This document shows, one piece after another, positions 8,342 to 17,829 of a stretch of DNA of 64,000 nucleotides (within the stretch, counting starts at the first letter, position 1; every line of letters starts with the position of its first letter). The notes under the pieces were generated by a model, which saw nothing but the letters and a program-made list of their open reading frames with translations, was not told the DNA's origin and ran no database searches. Source of the stretch: an uncultured Planctomycetota bacterium (GTDB lineage: Bacteria; Planctomycetota; Brocadiia; CAIUPP01); NCBI GenBank assembly GCA_903901045.1, contig CAIUPP010000109.1, forward strand, positions 6,407 to 70,406, read 5' to 3'. The translations under genes were made by a program, and so were the position numbers.

Positions 8342-9166
8342 GATCACGTTTCCCTGGGGATGAGTACTCAGCCCTTTCAGCGCTTTCACTCGCTTCTTGC
8401 TGGCGCGGTAGAGCTCGGGGTCCACTTTCTTGCGCAGGACGGACTTTTCGCAGCGGCGCGGGTCGAGCTGGTGGTCGAGGTGCGAGACGAAAATCTTCCC
8501 CCAGACGCTGATGCCGCGGCAACCGTAGTTGCGCAGCCGGTTGCGCAGGTCGGAGTCGGACTGCCCAAGGTTTTCGTACGCTTCGTCGAATCCATCCACT
8601 GCCAGCAGCGAGGCGCGGTCCACCGAGAAATTGCCCCCTTTCACCTTGGGGCGGTCTTTGCGGTTGAGCAGCAGGTAGAAGGCGGAGCAGAGGTCGACCC
8701 AGCGGAACATCATGCGGCGCGACCGGGTCATGAAGCGTTCGTGCGCGCGGGCCGCGACCCCTTCGGGGGTCTGGAGGCGCGCGTCCTCCAGGCGGATGCG
8801 GGCATAGCCGGCGGCGACGAAGCTCCCGGGGCGCAGCGCGCGCTTGTGCAGGCGGACGAAGTTGAGGAAGGGTATGCAGTCGCCGTCGATGAAGATCAAC
8901 TGGTCGCCGGCGGATTTGCGGATCGCCGCGTTCAGTATCTGCGCCTTGCGGAAGCCCTTGTGCTCCTGCGTGACGAACTCCACCTTGAAGGGGGCCGTCT
9001 TGCTGAATGCGCGGACCAGTTCCAGCGTGTCGAGATCGGAGCCGTCGTCGGCGATGATCAGTTCGAAGTCCAGATCGTCCTGCGCGGCCAACCCCGCGAG
9101 GACGAGCCGAAGGGTGTTCGGCTGGTTGAAAGAGGAGACGATGACGGAGGTCCGGCAGCCGAGCAT
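8336..9166 (-). CDS. Glycosyltransferase family 2
   Basis: SVIVSSFNQP, IIADDGS, IFIDGDCIP (DxD) and GGNFSV...VDGFDEAY..GQSDSDL. Likely start is ATG 9166. Confidence 0.9.
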   Translation of the reverse strand: MLGCRTSVIVSSFNQPNTLRLVLAGLAAQDDLDFELIIADDGSDLDTLELVRAFSKTAPFKVEFVTQEHKGFRKAQILNAAIRKSAGDQLIFIDGDCIPFLNFVRLHKRALRPGSFVAAGYARIRLEDARLQTPEGVAARAHERFMTRSRRMMFRWVDLCSAFYLLLNRKDRPKVKGGNFSVDRASLLAVDGFDEAYENLGQSDSDLRNRLRNYGCRGISVWGKIFVSHLDHQLDPRRCEKSVLRKKVDPELYRASKKRVKALKGLSTHPQGNVIG

Positions 9167-9375
9167 GCGCACACTCCCAGGGATCAAGCCCGCCTGTGCG
9201 GGCGGAATGACGGCATCCGCATGGCGCAAGAAAACCAAAGCGCCACGCGCACAAGGACGATTGCGAAATACTACAGTAGATTGACGGGGCGTGGAAGTCA
9301 AGAAAGCCGGGGGCCCGCGGTTCACTTACGCGCGGAGGTCCGTCGCAATGACGGCGGGCGGACGCCCGGAAAAGC

Positions 9376-9414
9376 AAGCGGCGCTCACAGGCCCGTGCCT
9401 GGGAGCGCCGCTTG
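9376..9414 (-). terminator. Putative intrinsic terminator hairpin after the large repeat-protein gene
   Basis: CAAGCGGCGCTC...GAGCGCCGCTTG stem, with a T-rich run following on the minus strand. Confidence 0.5.
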
Positions 9415-9438
9415 TGCGCTTACGTTACGAACGGCTGC

Positions 9439-12400
9439 TTACATATGGCCGACCAGCACGCCCGCCTTGAAGGTCTGAACCTGGAAGCCGGGGCCCGCGT
9501 CGGGGTCGAGGAGGATGTAGTCGTTGGCGGCGGTGCCCTGAATGCGCAGGGAGGAAGCCGAACCGACTGAGCCGACGACATACGCGCCGGCCGGGAAGGT
9601 TCCCGCGGCCAGCTTGGAGACGCCGATCGCCGCCGCCGAATTCACGTCGGCGTCAACGATGGAGCCATTCACGATCTTGGCGGAAGTCACGGAGTCGTCG
9701 GCGAGCTTGGCCGAGGTCACCGCGCCGTCAATGATCTTGACGTTGGTGACCGCATCGGCGGCGATCTTGGCCGCGATGACGGCATTGTCGGCCAGCTTGG
9801 TGCTGTCCACAGCCGCGTTGGCGATCTTGGCGGTGGTGACGTTGAGGTTCACGATGCTGCCGGTCGTGACGGAGTCGGTGGCCAACTTGCCGGCCGTTAC
9901 GTTCGCGTCGAGGATCTTGGCGGTGGTCACTGCGCCGTCGATGATTTTGGCGGTGGTGACCGCGTCGCTGGCGATCTTCGGTGCGGTGACCGCGTCGGTG
10001 GCCAGCTTGGGCGTGGTGACCGAGCCGTCGGCCAGGTCGCCGGTGGCAATCGCGCCATCCGCGATCTTGGCGGAGGTGACGGCATCGTCGGCCAGCTTGG
10101 GCGTGGTGACTGCGCCATCGATGATCTTGACGGTGGTGACCGCGTCGGCAACGATCTTGGCGGAAGTGACCGCGTCGTCGGCCAGCTTGGTGCTATCCAC
10201 GGCGCTGTTGGCCAGCTTGCCCGTGGTGACGTTGAGGTTGACGATCTTAACGGTGGTGACGGCGTCTGTAGCGAGCTTGTCGACCGTCACGTTCGCATCG
10301 AGGATCTTGGCGGTGGTCACTGCGCCGTCGATGATCTTGGCGGTGGTGACCGCGTCGCTGGCGATCTTCAATGCGGTGACCGCGTCGGTGGCCAGTTTGG
10401 CAGTCGTCACGGAGCCGTCAGCCAGGTCCCCGGTGGCAATCGTGCCATCGAGAATCTTGGCGGAGGTCACGGCGCCGTCGGTAATGTCCACTGTGGCGAC
10501 GGCATTGACGGCCAGCTTGACGCCGGTCACGGAGCCGTCGGCCAGGTCGGCGGTGGCAATCGTGCCATCGAGTATCTTGCCGGAGGTCACGGCGCCATTG
10601 ACGATGTCGGCCGTGGTCACGGAGTTGAAGGCCAGCTTCTCGTTGGTGACGGAACCATCGGCCAGGTCGGCGGTGGCAATCGTGCCGTCGAGGATCTTGG
10701 CGGAGGTTACGGCGCCGTCGGCAATGTCGGCCGTAGCCACGGCGTTGACGGCCAGCTTGGCGGCGGTCACGGAGCCGTTGGCCAGGTCGGCGGTGGCAAT
10801 CGTGCCATCGAGAATCTTGGCGGAGGTGACGGCGTCGTCGGCCAGCTTGGGCGTGGTGACCGCGCCATCGGCCAGGTCGGCGGCGATGAGCGTGCCGTCG
10901 AGGACCTTGTCGGTGGTCACGGCGTCGGCGGCCAGCTTGGTGTTATCCACCGCGCCGTTGGCCAGCTTGTCCGTGGTGACGTTGGCGTTGACGATCTTGT
11001 CGGTCGTCACGGAGTCGGTGGCGAGCTTGGCGGCGAGGATGGAGGCGTCGCCGATGCGGGCGGCGGGAAGGATGCCGGCGTTGAGGTTAGAGGCATCCTG
11101 GTAGAACGCTCCGTGCTGCCCATCGAGCAGGTCGGCGTCGAGGTCGGTCATGAGGCCGCCGCCGTTGAGGGCGATCTCGCCGCTGTCGGTGCCGACGTGA
11201 TAGCCGTCCACCATGTCGGCGTCAATCAAGCTGCCGGTGCCGCCGGCGGGCTGCCAGCCGGGCAGGCCGGTCCAGGTCAGGACCATGCCTTCCTCGGCGC
11301 CCATCTGGTTGATGTCGGCCCCAAGGAGCGTGCCGTCGAGGACCTTGTCGGTGGTGACGGCGTCGGCGGCCAGCTTGGCGTTGGTCACCGCGCTGTTGAG
11401 GATCTTGACGGTGGTCACCGAATCCGCGCCGAGGTCGGCGGCCTGGATGGTGCCGTCGATGATCTTGTCGGTCGAGATGCAGTTCGAGGCGAGCTTGCTG
11501 TTGGTGACCTGGAGGCCGCCGATGTCGGCGGTGGCGATGGTGCCATCGACGATCTTGGCGGAGGTGACGGAGCTATCGGCCAGGTCCGCGGTGATGATGG
11601 TGCCGTCGAGAATCTTGGCGGAGGTGACCGCGTCGCTGGCGATCTTGACCGTCGTGACGGCGTTGTCGGCGAGCTTGGGAGTGGTGACGGAGCCGTCGGC
11701 CAGGTCGCCGGTGGCAATCGTGCCATCGAGGATCTTGGCGGAGGTGACGGAGTTGTCGGCGAGAATCGGGGTGGTGACCGCGCCGTCGGCGAGGTCGTCC
11801 GAGATGATCGTCTGGTCGAGGATCTTTTCGGTCGTCACGGAATCGTCGGCCAGCTTGGTGTTGTCCACGGAGCCGTTGGCCAGCTTGTCGGTGGTGACGG
11901 CTTCGTCATCCAGCTTGGCCGTGGTGACCGCTTCATCGGCGATCTTCGGGGTGGTGACTGCGCCATCGGCCAGGTCCACGGTGGCGACCGTGCCGTCGAC
12001 GATCATGGCGGAGGTGATGCTGTCGGCCTGAGCTTCGTTGACGAAGCGGGCGTCGGCCTGTACGCGGGTGAGGAGGTCGTCGTCGGAGTTGTTGTTCAGG
12101 TAGCCTTCCGCGGTGAGGTCGGCGTAGGCGGAGTAGCGATCGGTGGAGAGCGTGCCGGTCGCGTTGGCCAGGTCGAGATAGAAGGCGCCATGCTGGCCGT
12201 CGAGGAGGTCGGCGTCGAGGCCGGAGCCTGCGCCGTCATTCGCGGAGGTCCAGGCGAGGCCGCCGTCGATGAGGAAGTCGGCGCCGTCGAGGACGAAGCG
12301 GACGCCGCCGCTGGCGCGCACGGCGAATTCGTCGCGCGCCTCGGAGGAGAACTCCGCATCCTGCGAGTCGGCCCAAACGAAGGCGCCGTCATCCGCCGCC

Positions 12401-13830
12401 GTGGCGTTGTGGCCGGCCGCAAAGCTGTAGTCGCCGTTGGCGGTGTTGGTGTCGCCGCCGGGGACGGTGGAAGCGAGGCCGGTGGCGTAGTTGTCGCTGC
12501 CGCCGCCGATGGTGGACTGCTCGCCGGTGGCGTAGTTGAATTCGCCGCCCGCGACGGTGGCGTAATCATCGCCTGCCACGTTGCTCAGGCCGCCGCCGAC
12601 GGTGCCGAAGAAGCCGTCCACGCTGTTTTCGGCGCCGCTGGAGCCGCCGCCGGCGATGGTGCCGCCCCACCAGGGGAAGGAGACGGAGTTGCCGGAGAAG
12701 CCGCCGACGAGGTTCGGGCTGACTTGGCTGGGCTCATAGCGCATCACGCGCTCGTTGTTCACGCGGAACTCGAGCGCGGCGTTGTCCAGGGTGCCCAGGA
12801 AGTTCACCTTGGGGGAGCTTCCGGTGTTTCCGATGGTCGTCCAGTAGCGCGCGTCGCCCTGGGCGATGGTGAGCAGGTCGCCGGGGGCGCTGGCGTCGAG
12901 GTAGCCTTCGGCGCTCAGATCGGCGTAGGCGGAGAAGAAGTCCGTGCCGAGCGTGCCGGCGTCGATGTGGCTCGCGTTCCGGTACCACTCGCTGTCATGG
13001 CCGTCCAGGAGGTCGGCGTTCAGATTGACGTTCAGGATGCCGTTGTTCAGAGGCACCTGGCCGTCGGCGTTGCCGGCGTGCTGGCCGTCGAGCAGGTCGG
13101 CATTGAGGGTGACGTTGAGAATGCCGTTGTTGAGCGCGACATTCCCGGCGGCGTTGCCGGCGTCGGCGCCATCGACCTGGTCTGCGTTCAGGTTCTCAAC
13201 CATCGTTGTGGAGGAGATGATGAAGGGGGCGCCGGAGGTGACGGCAATGATGGCCTGGCCGCCCACGTAGAGGCGGTTCGGGGTGTAGACGCCGAAGCCG
13301 TTGGCGCTGTTCACGGAGCCGTAGAGGCCGTAGGTGGTTCCGGTCATGGCAGTGGCGTAGCCGGCCACGGCCTTGGCGGAGGTGTTGGAGGTGTGAGCTG
13401 CCAGCGGCTGCGAGTCGGTCGAGTTAATCCGGAAGAAATAGGCGCCAGCCCAGTTGGGCGAATCCACGTTGTCGCCGCTCTTCTTGATGTACTTCGGGCT
13501 GGCCGTAAGCCCCATGGCCGGCTGGCTGGTGGCCGCTTTGAGGTCCAGCGGGACGAAATTGACGGCGTAGGTGTTGGCGGCGGGAGCGGCGTCGTCCACT
13601 TGCAGGGTGAAGTTGCCCTTCTTGAGGACGATGGCGGCGAAGCCTTCATAGAGGCTGTCGCCGGAGACTTTGTCGGTCACTTGCACCAGCCCGGTGTACG
13701 TCCCGTCGGGACGGGCTTTGCCCTTGGCGTCGGTCAGGGTTCCGGAAATCGTCCCGGCGAAGAGATTGGTCGCCGTAAGGACGAAAACCAATGCGGCTAC
13801 TGCCCACACGGCTTTCCTGAAGGTTAACAT
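9439..13830 (-). CDS. Large secreted or surface repeat protein (fibre/adhesin-like)
   Basis: Signal peptide, several (L)NADLLDG motifs, a Hep_Hag/YadA-head-like segment (TIGGGSDNYATG repeats) and two long arrays of a 10-aa K[LI]ADGAVT[ST]x repeat. GGAGG RBS. Confidence 0.85.
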   Translation of the reverse strand: MLTFRKAVWAVAALVFVLTATNLFAGTISGTLTDAKGKARPDGTYTGLVQVTDKVSGDSLYEGFAAIVLKKGNFTLQVDDAAPAANTYAVNFVPLDLKAATSQPAMGLTASPKYIKKSGDNVDSPNWAGAYFFRINSTDSQPLAAHTSNTSAKAVAGYATAMTGTTYGLYGSVNSANGFGVYTPNRLYVGGQAIIAVTSGAPFIISSTTMVENLNADQVDGADAGNAAGNVALNNGILNVTLNADLLDGQHAGNADGQVPLNNGILNVNLNADLLDGHDSEWYRNASHIDAGTLGTDFFSAYADLSAEGYLDASAPGDLLTIAQGDARYWTTIGNTGSSPKVNFLGTLDNAALEFRVNNERVMRYEPSQVSPNLVGGFSGNSVSFPWWGGTIAGGGSSGAENSVDGFFGTVGGGLSNVAGDDYATVAGGEFNYATGEQSTIGGGSDNYATGLASTVPGGDTNTANGDYSFAAGHNATAADDGAFVWADSQDAEFSSEARDEFAVRASGGVRFVLDGADFLIDGGLAWTSANDGAGSGLDADLLDGQHGAFYLDLANATGTLSTDRYSAYADLTAEGYLNNNSDDDLLTRVQADARFVNEAQADSITSAMIVDGTVATVDLADGAVTTPKIADEAVTTAKLDDEAVTTDKLANGSVDNTKLADDSVTTEKILDQTIISDDLADGAVTTPILADNSVTSAKILDGTIATGDLADGSVTTPKLADNAVTTVKIASDAVTSAKILDGTIITADLADSSVTSAKIVDGTIATADIGGLQVTNSKLASNCISTDKIIDGTIQAADLGADSVTTVKILNSAVTNAKLAADAVTTDKVLDGTLLGADINQMGAEEGMVLTWTGLPGWQPAGGTGSLIDADMVDGYHVGTDSGEIALNGGGLMTDLDADLLDGQHGAFYQDASNLNAGILPAARIGDASILAAKLATDSVTTDKIVNANVTTDKLANGAVDNTKLAADAVTTDKVLDGTLIAADLADGAVTTPKLADDAVTSAKILDGTIATADLANGSVTAAKLAVNAVATADIADGAVTSAKILDGTIATADLADGSVTNEKLAFNSVTTADIVNGAVTSGKILDGTIATADLADGSVTGVKLAVNAVATVDITDGAVTSAKILDGTIATGDLADGSVTTAKLATDAVTALKIASDAVTTAKIIDGAVTTAKILDANVTVDKLATDAVTTVKIVNLNVTTGKLANSAVDSTKLADDAVTSAKIVADAVTTVKIIDGAVTTPKLADDAVTSAKIADGAIATGDLADGSVTTPKLATDAVTAPKIASDAVTTAKIIDGAVTTAKILDANVTAGKLATDSVTTGSIVNLNVTTAKIANAAVDSTKLADNAVIAAKIAADAVTNVKIIDGAVTSAKLADDSVTSAKIVNGSIVDADVNSAAAIGVSKLAAGTFPAGAYVVGSVGSASSLRIQGTAANDYILLDPDAGPGFQVQTFKAGVLVGHM

Positions 13831-13929
13831 TTGCAGCCTCCCAAATCCTAAGCGGAAAACGAAGAAATGTGCGCGGTCATGTGTTATGAAGCCTGCGAAG
13901 GCGGCGAGAGCCGAACGGCTATCGCCGCG

Positions 13930-14427
13930 TTACCTATCCTTTGAGGTGGCCTGTTTCCCGGAGAAGGTCATGGTGCTGGCGTAATCATCAGCGGGAGGCG
14001 TGTCGTAGACGTTCATGGAGCCTGAGAGCTTCATCTTGCCGGCCTCACCCCGGAGGACCGCAATGCCGCAGCGCGCGGTGCTGGAGTTGATCGCGGCGTC
14101 GTCGCTGGAGGCCTGGCCCCAGACCAGCACGCCGTTGCCGTAGGTGGCGAGGAAATCGTGCTCGCCGTCGGTGCCTCTCTCATGGATGTTGACAAGTCCG
14201 GTGGAGTCCTCGACGGTGATAACCCATTCCCATGAGCCGCGATAGCTGTAGGGGAGTCCGCCTTCCAGCGTGGCGCGCGTGCAGTGCGTCTTGATCAAGA
14301 GCTTGGCGCCATCGAGATCGTAGAGAGCGGGAGTGATATCGGCCATTGCCGCAACGCTGCCGACAAGAACCAGTACCAGTGCGGCGCAGAACGCTCGAAG
14401 CCTGCCATTTCCCGGTGTCATCAACAT
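13930..14427 (-). CDS. Secreted hypothetical protein
   Basis: GAAGGAG RBS before ATG 14427 and a signal-peptide-like RLRAFCAALVLVLVGSVAAMA. Co-oriented and upstream of the repeat protein. Confidence 0.7.
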   Translation of the reverse strand: MLMTPGNGRLRAFCAALVLVLVGSVAAMADITPALYDLDGAKLLIKTHCTRATLEGGLPYSYRGSWEWVITVEDSTGLVNIHERGTDGEHDFLATYGNGVLVWGQASSDDAAINSSTARCGIAVLRGEAGKMKLSGSMNVYDTPPADDYASTMTFSGKQATSKDR

Positions 14428-14678
14428 CGTTTTCTCCTTCGCGCGTTGTGCGCAAAATGGATTTCCCTGAAATGCGCCATTCCGTGAGAACACGTGTAGC
14501 CTTTTTAGCCACTTGAGAGGGAAATGTCAATATAAATTTGAGCAGTAAAGACTTGTAGATAGGAGGGTTACGCCGATCGGCTGCGCGACTCGAAGAATGG
14601 CGGTCAAGGGGGGGGCGGGGCGGTTCGCCGCGGTTCGGACGTTAAAGGAGTGTGCCCAATGGGGGCGAGGAGGAACAG

Positions 14679-14774
14679 GAAGCCCGGAGGCGCGAGAACA
14701 ACTGCGCCGCCGGGCTTTCGCTATGGGTAGCGGTGATAGGATTCGAACCTATAGACACGCGGATTATGATTCCG
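14679..14774 (-). repeat. Degenerate duplicate of the tRNA-Met 3' half plus its downstream hairpin (att-like site)
   Basis: GGTAGCGGTGATAGGATTCGAACCTAT(A)GACACGCGGATTATGATTCCG matches 16589-16636 with one inserted base. The AAGCCCGG...CCGGGCTTTCGC flank is also shared. Confidence 0.88.
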
Positions 14775-15333
14775 GCCTGGTCAAAGCTGCCGGAACCTGC
14801 TCGCACGGCCGGCTAGAGCACTTTAGGCTTTCATGGCTACGGTGTGTGATAGCGGCGAGGAGCGCTAGACTCGGCAGGCCGGTCGCCCGATGGGCGCAGC
14901 ATGCTGCGCCCCTACACAGCGACGCAGGCATGGAACGTTGAGACGCTCCAGGGTTCGCAATGCGGCAGAAGTTGAATAAGACGGATGATGAAATGTGAAG
15001 GGGAAACCGCAGAGGCCCCAGCGGTTCCCCCTTGCGATCCTCCTCCACTTCCCCCCGGCAGGCCGCAACGGCGCGGCTGCCACCTCCACGACTACAGCCG
15101 AACACTTGCCTTTTGCTGATGCGCTGCGCAGTGCAAGCCGTTGCCGTGTGCCACAACAAACTCTTGACATTTTCCCTATCACAAGAGATATTACTATATG
15201 GTATGTTGTCTCGCACTCTTGTGGCAGCGTTCGTTCCTATCCGCATTCGGCTCAGGGAGAGAACCTGGGGCAAGCTTCCCGGAGCGTAGCGCACGGGTAG
15301 TTAGCAAGGTCACTTGATTGAGCAGGAGAAGCC

Positions 15334-16260
15334 GTGTCCAATCAACCCGCCGCACGACCCGGGGTAGAGGATGGGCCTTATGCCCTCCCACCAGACACGG
15401 GCGGGAAACATGAGACCATTCTCGACGCCTTACCCGCCTTAATCTTCTACAAGGACCGCGACAATCGTTTCCTCCATGTCAACGCGGCATTTGCTACTGG
15501 CCTCGGACTCTCTAAGGAGCAGATTGAAGGCAAGACGTGCTCCGAACTGTGGCCCAACGAATCCGAAGACTACTGGCGGGATGACCGCGAGGTCATTGCT
15601 ACCGGAACGCCCAAGAGAGGCATCATCGAGTGGGTGCCGACGCCCGAGGGAACGAAATGGTTCCGGACAGATAAGGTTCCATATAAGGACGCCAAGGGGG
15701 ACATTCTGGGGGTGATTGGCTTGTCCATTGACATCACCGATCCCAAGCGGGCGGAAGATGCGGCACAAGTCCTAGCCCTGACGGACGAGTTAACGGGCCT
15801 CAACAACCGTCGGGGATTCATGACCCTCGCGGAGCAACAGATCAGGATTGCAAAGCGGACGCTGATGCCCCTGCACTTGCTTTACGCCGACATGGATGGA
15901 CTGAAGACGCTGAACGACCTCATGGGGCACCATGTCGGCGACCAGATGATCCAGGACGCAGCACGCATGCTTCGAACCACGTTCCGCGAGTCAGACATTG
16001 TTGCCCGCATCGGTGGGGATGAATTCGTGGTTCTAATGGTTCAGACGGACGGCCACACGCCGGAAGAGTTTGCGCAGCGTCTTAAGGAGAATATCTTGTT
16101 TCATAACAAGAGCGCGGCGAGGGCGCAGCTTTCCATGAGCGTCGGCGTGGTTCGTTACAATCCGAGAGAGCCCTCTTCCATCGAGGAACTGCTAAGACTC
16201 GGGGATGCGGCCATGTACGAGGAAAAGCGGGCCAAGAATCCCCTGCGCCACACCAACTAA
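15334..16260 (+). CDS. PAS-domain diguanylate cyclase
   Basis: PAS/PAC region (IFYKDRDNRFLHVN...DITD), then TDELTGLNNRR, I-site RESD and intact RIGGDEF. AGGAG RBS before GTG. Confidence 0.93.
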   Translation: MSNQPAARPGVEDGPYALPPDTGGKHETILDALPALIFYKDRDNRFLHVNAAFATGLGLSKEQIEGKTCSELWPNESEDYWRDDREVIATGTPKRGIIEWVPTPEGTKWFRTDKVPYKDAKGDILGVIGLSIDITDPKRAEDAAQVLALTDELTGLNNRRGFMTLAEQQIRIAKRTLMPLHLLYADMDGLKTLNDLMGHHVGDQMIQDAARMLRTTFRESDIVARIGGDEFVVLMVQTDGHTPEEFAQRLKENILFHNKSAARAQLSMSVGVVRYNPREPSSIEELLRLGDAAMYEEKRAKNPLRHTN

Positions 16261-16587
16261 TCGCTACGTTCCCTCAATCAACTTGGCCACAGGGCCTTCC
16301 AGTTCCTGAACACTGCGTGTAAAACGTTCTAACTCCGTCCTGCCCCCGCTGCCATTTGCAGGATAAGAAAATGGGCTGTTGCGCAGGAGAGGGCGCCGGT
16401 TGGGAAGCGATGTGGGCTGACAACGGAGTAGCAATTCGCTTACGGGGCTTCCGATCAATTGACCGTGGAACTGACTGCCGGAACCGTCCGCTTTCAGCCG
16501 CCGGGAAGGCGCGGGATTCTGGGGTGCGCGGGATGCGAAGAAGCCCGGAAGCACAGGGATCAACCTGCATTTCCGGGCTTTCGCAAC

Positions 16588-16664
16588 TGGTAGCGGTGAT
16601 AGGATTCGAACCTATGACACGCGGATTATGATTCCGCTGCTCTGGCCAACTGAGCTACACCGCC
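16588..16664 (-). tRNA. tRNA-Met (CAT), elongator-like
   Basis: GGCGGTGTAGCTCAGTTGGCCAGAGCAGCGGAATCATAATCCGCGTGTCATAGGTTCGAATCCTATCACCGCTACCA folds as a cloverleaf with a CAT anticodon and encoded CCA. Confidence 0.95.
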
Positions 16665-16893
16665 ATGCATGGGTAGAAACACAAATTATCAGCCCGGCCA
16701 GCGTCTGTCAAGCGACGGCGACAACGACGGGCTAACCGCCAAGAACGCCAAGAGCGCCAAGAACGACGGAGCAAGGTGACAACAGCGACGGCTTGAATCA
16801 CGCGGAGTGCCTTGAACGATTGCGAAGGCGCGCAGGCTGCTGCCGCAATTCTTCTCCTTCCGCTGCTCCTGGCGTCCCGGGCGGTCGAGAGCC

Positions 16894-17829
16894 TCACTTT
16901 GCGATGAGTGTTCCTTCCGCCCCGCCCAGCAGGGCGGTTTCGATGCGCCCGGGGAGCAGGCCGGAGAGGATGCGCACTTCGAGGCGGGGATGCCGCCGGG
17001 CCATGCGCGCGAGATGGTTCAGTTTCGCGGCCATGCCGCCGGTCACGTCGCAGTCGGCGGAGGCTCCGAGCGCTTTGAGGACTGCGCGCCGGTTCGAGGC
17101 GTCCACTCGCGCGAGGATCGGGGGATGGGGGCGGGCGCGCGGGTCGCCCAGGTAGACTCCCGGCACGTCGCAGCCCAGGAGGATGCGGCGCGGGCTCAAT
17201 CGGCCGACGAGATACTGGAACAATTCCTCGGTGCTCAGGATGGTGAACCCCAGCGCGCGATCGAGGATGCAGTCGCCGTGGATCATGGGCACTTGACCGG
17301 ATTCGAGCAGGGCGCGAATGATCGTGATATCCCACCGGCGGACGCGCCCGCGCTCGGCGATGACGGTGGCGCAGGGGCTGACCAGGGTGGGGCGGAAGCC
17401 CTCCTCGTCGAACGCTTCGAGGACGCGGCGGCTCATTTCGATCATGCCGCGCCGCGTCGCGGCGAACCCCTCCCACCCGCCGCCGCCGGGCAGCCCCTCG
17501 CGCGTCCGGTACTTCTTCGCCGGGAAGTGTCCGAAGGAGCCGCCTCCATGCCCGATGAGCAGCCGCAGGCCGGGCCGCCGGTCGAGCGCACGGCGAATTT
17601 CCCGCCCGAGGCGGCGGACGACGTCGCTGCGGAAGGAGCCGCGCCGGGCTTTGTCGGTCAGGAGCGATCCGCCGAGTTTGAGGAAGATGAGTTCGGGCCG
17701 ATGGTGGCGCGGACTATCCAGTCCGCGTCCCCCGCCGCAGGCGGGGGAGGGGAAGCGGGAAGAACGCACAATGATCGCGGGTTGGATAACCCGCGCCACT
17801 TTGCCTGCTGCGACGCGTCGCGCGGTCAT
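16894..17829 (-). CDS. Isopentenyl phosphate kinase (amino-acid-kinase fold)
   Basis: LKLGGSLLTDK, GHGGGSFGH (IPK His), PMIHGD, ILSTE and DVTGGMAAKL. ATG 17829 overlaps the mvaD stop; the exact start is uncertain. Confidence 0.88.
   Translation of the reverse strand: MTARRVAAGKVARVIQPAIIVRSSRFPSPACGGGRGLDSPRHHRPELIFLKLGGSLLTDKARRGSFRSDVVRRLGREIRRALDRRPGLRLLIGHGGGSFGHFPAKKYRTREGLPGGGGWEGFAATRRGMIEMSRRVLEAFDEEGFRPTLVSPCATVIAERGRVRRWDITIIRALLESGQVPMIHGDCILDRALGFTILSTEELFQYLVGRLSPRRILLGCDVPGVYLGDPRARPHPPILARVDASNRRAVLKALGASADCDVTGGMAAKLNHLARMARRHPRLEVRILSGLLPGRIETALLGGAEGTLIAK

Noticed and set aside
9542-13827. Long plus-strand ORFs (520, 904 and 272 aa)
   Set aside because: They are antisense shadows of the GC-rich repetitive surface-protein gene.
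14724-14800. Second functional tRNA-Met
   Set aside because: Only the 3' half matches, it has an inserted base, and there is no D-arm or 5' acceptor strand.
14995-15035. Riboswitch upstream of the diguanylate cyclase
   Set aside because: It is a single hairpin (GGGGAAACCGC/GCGGTTCCCC) without a recognisable aptamer consensus.
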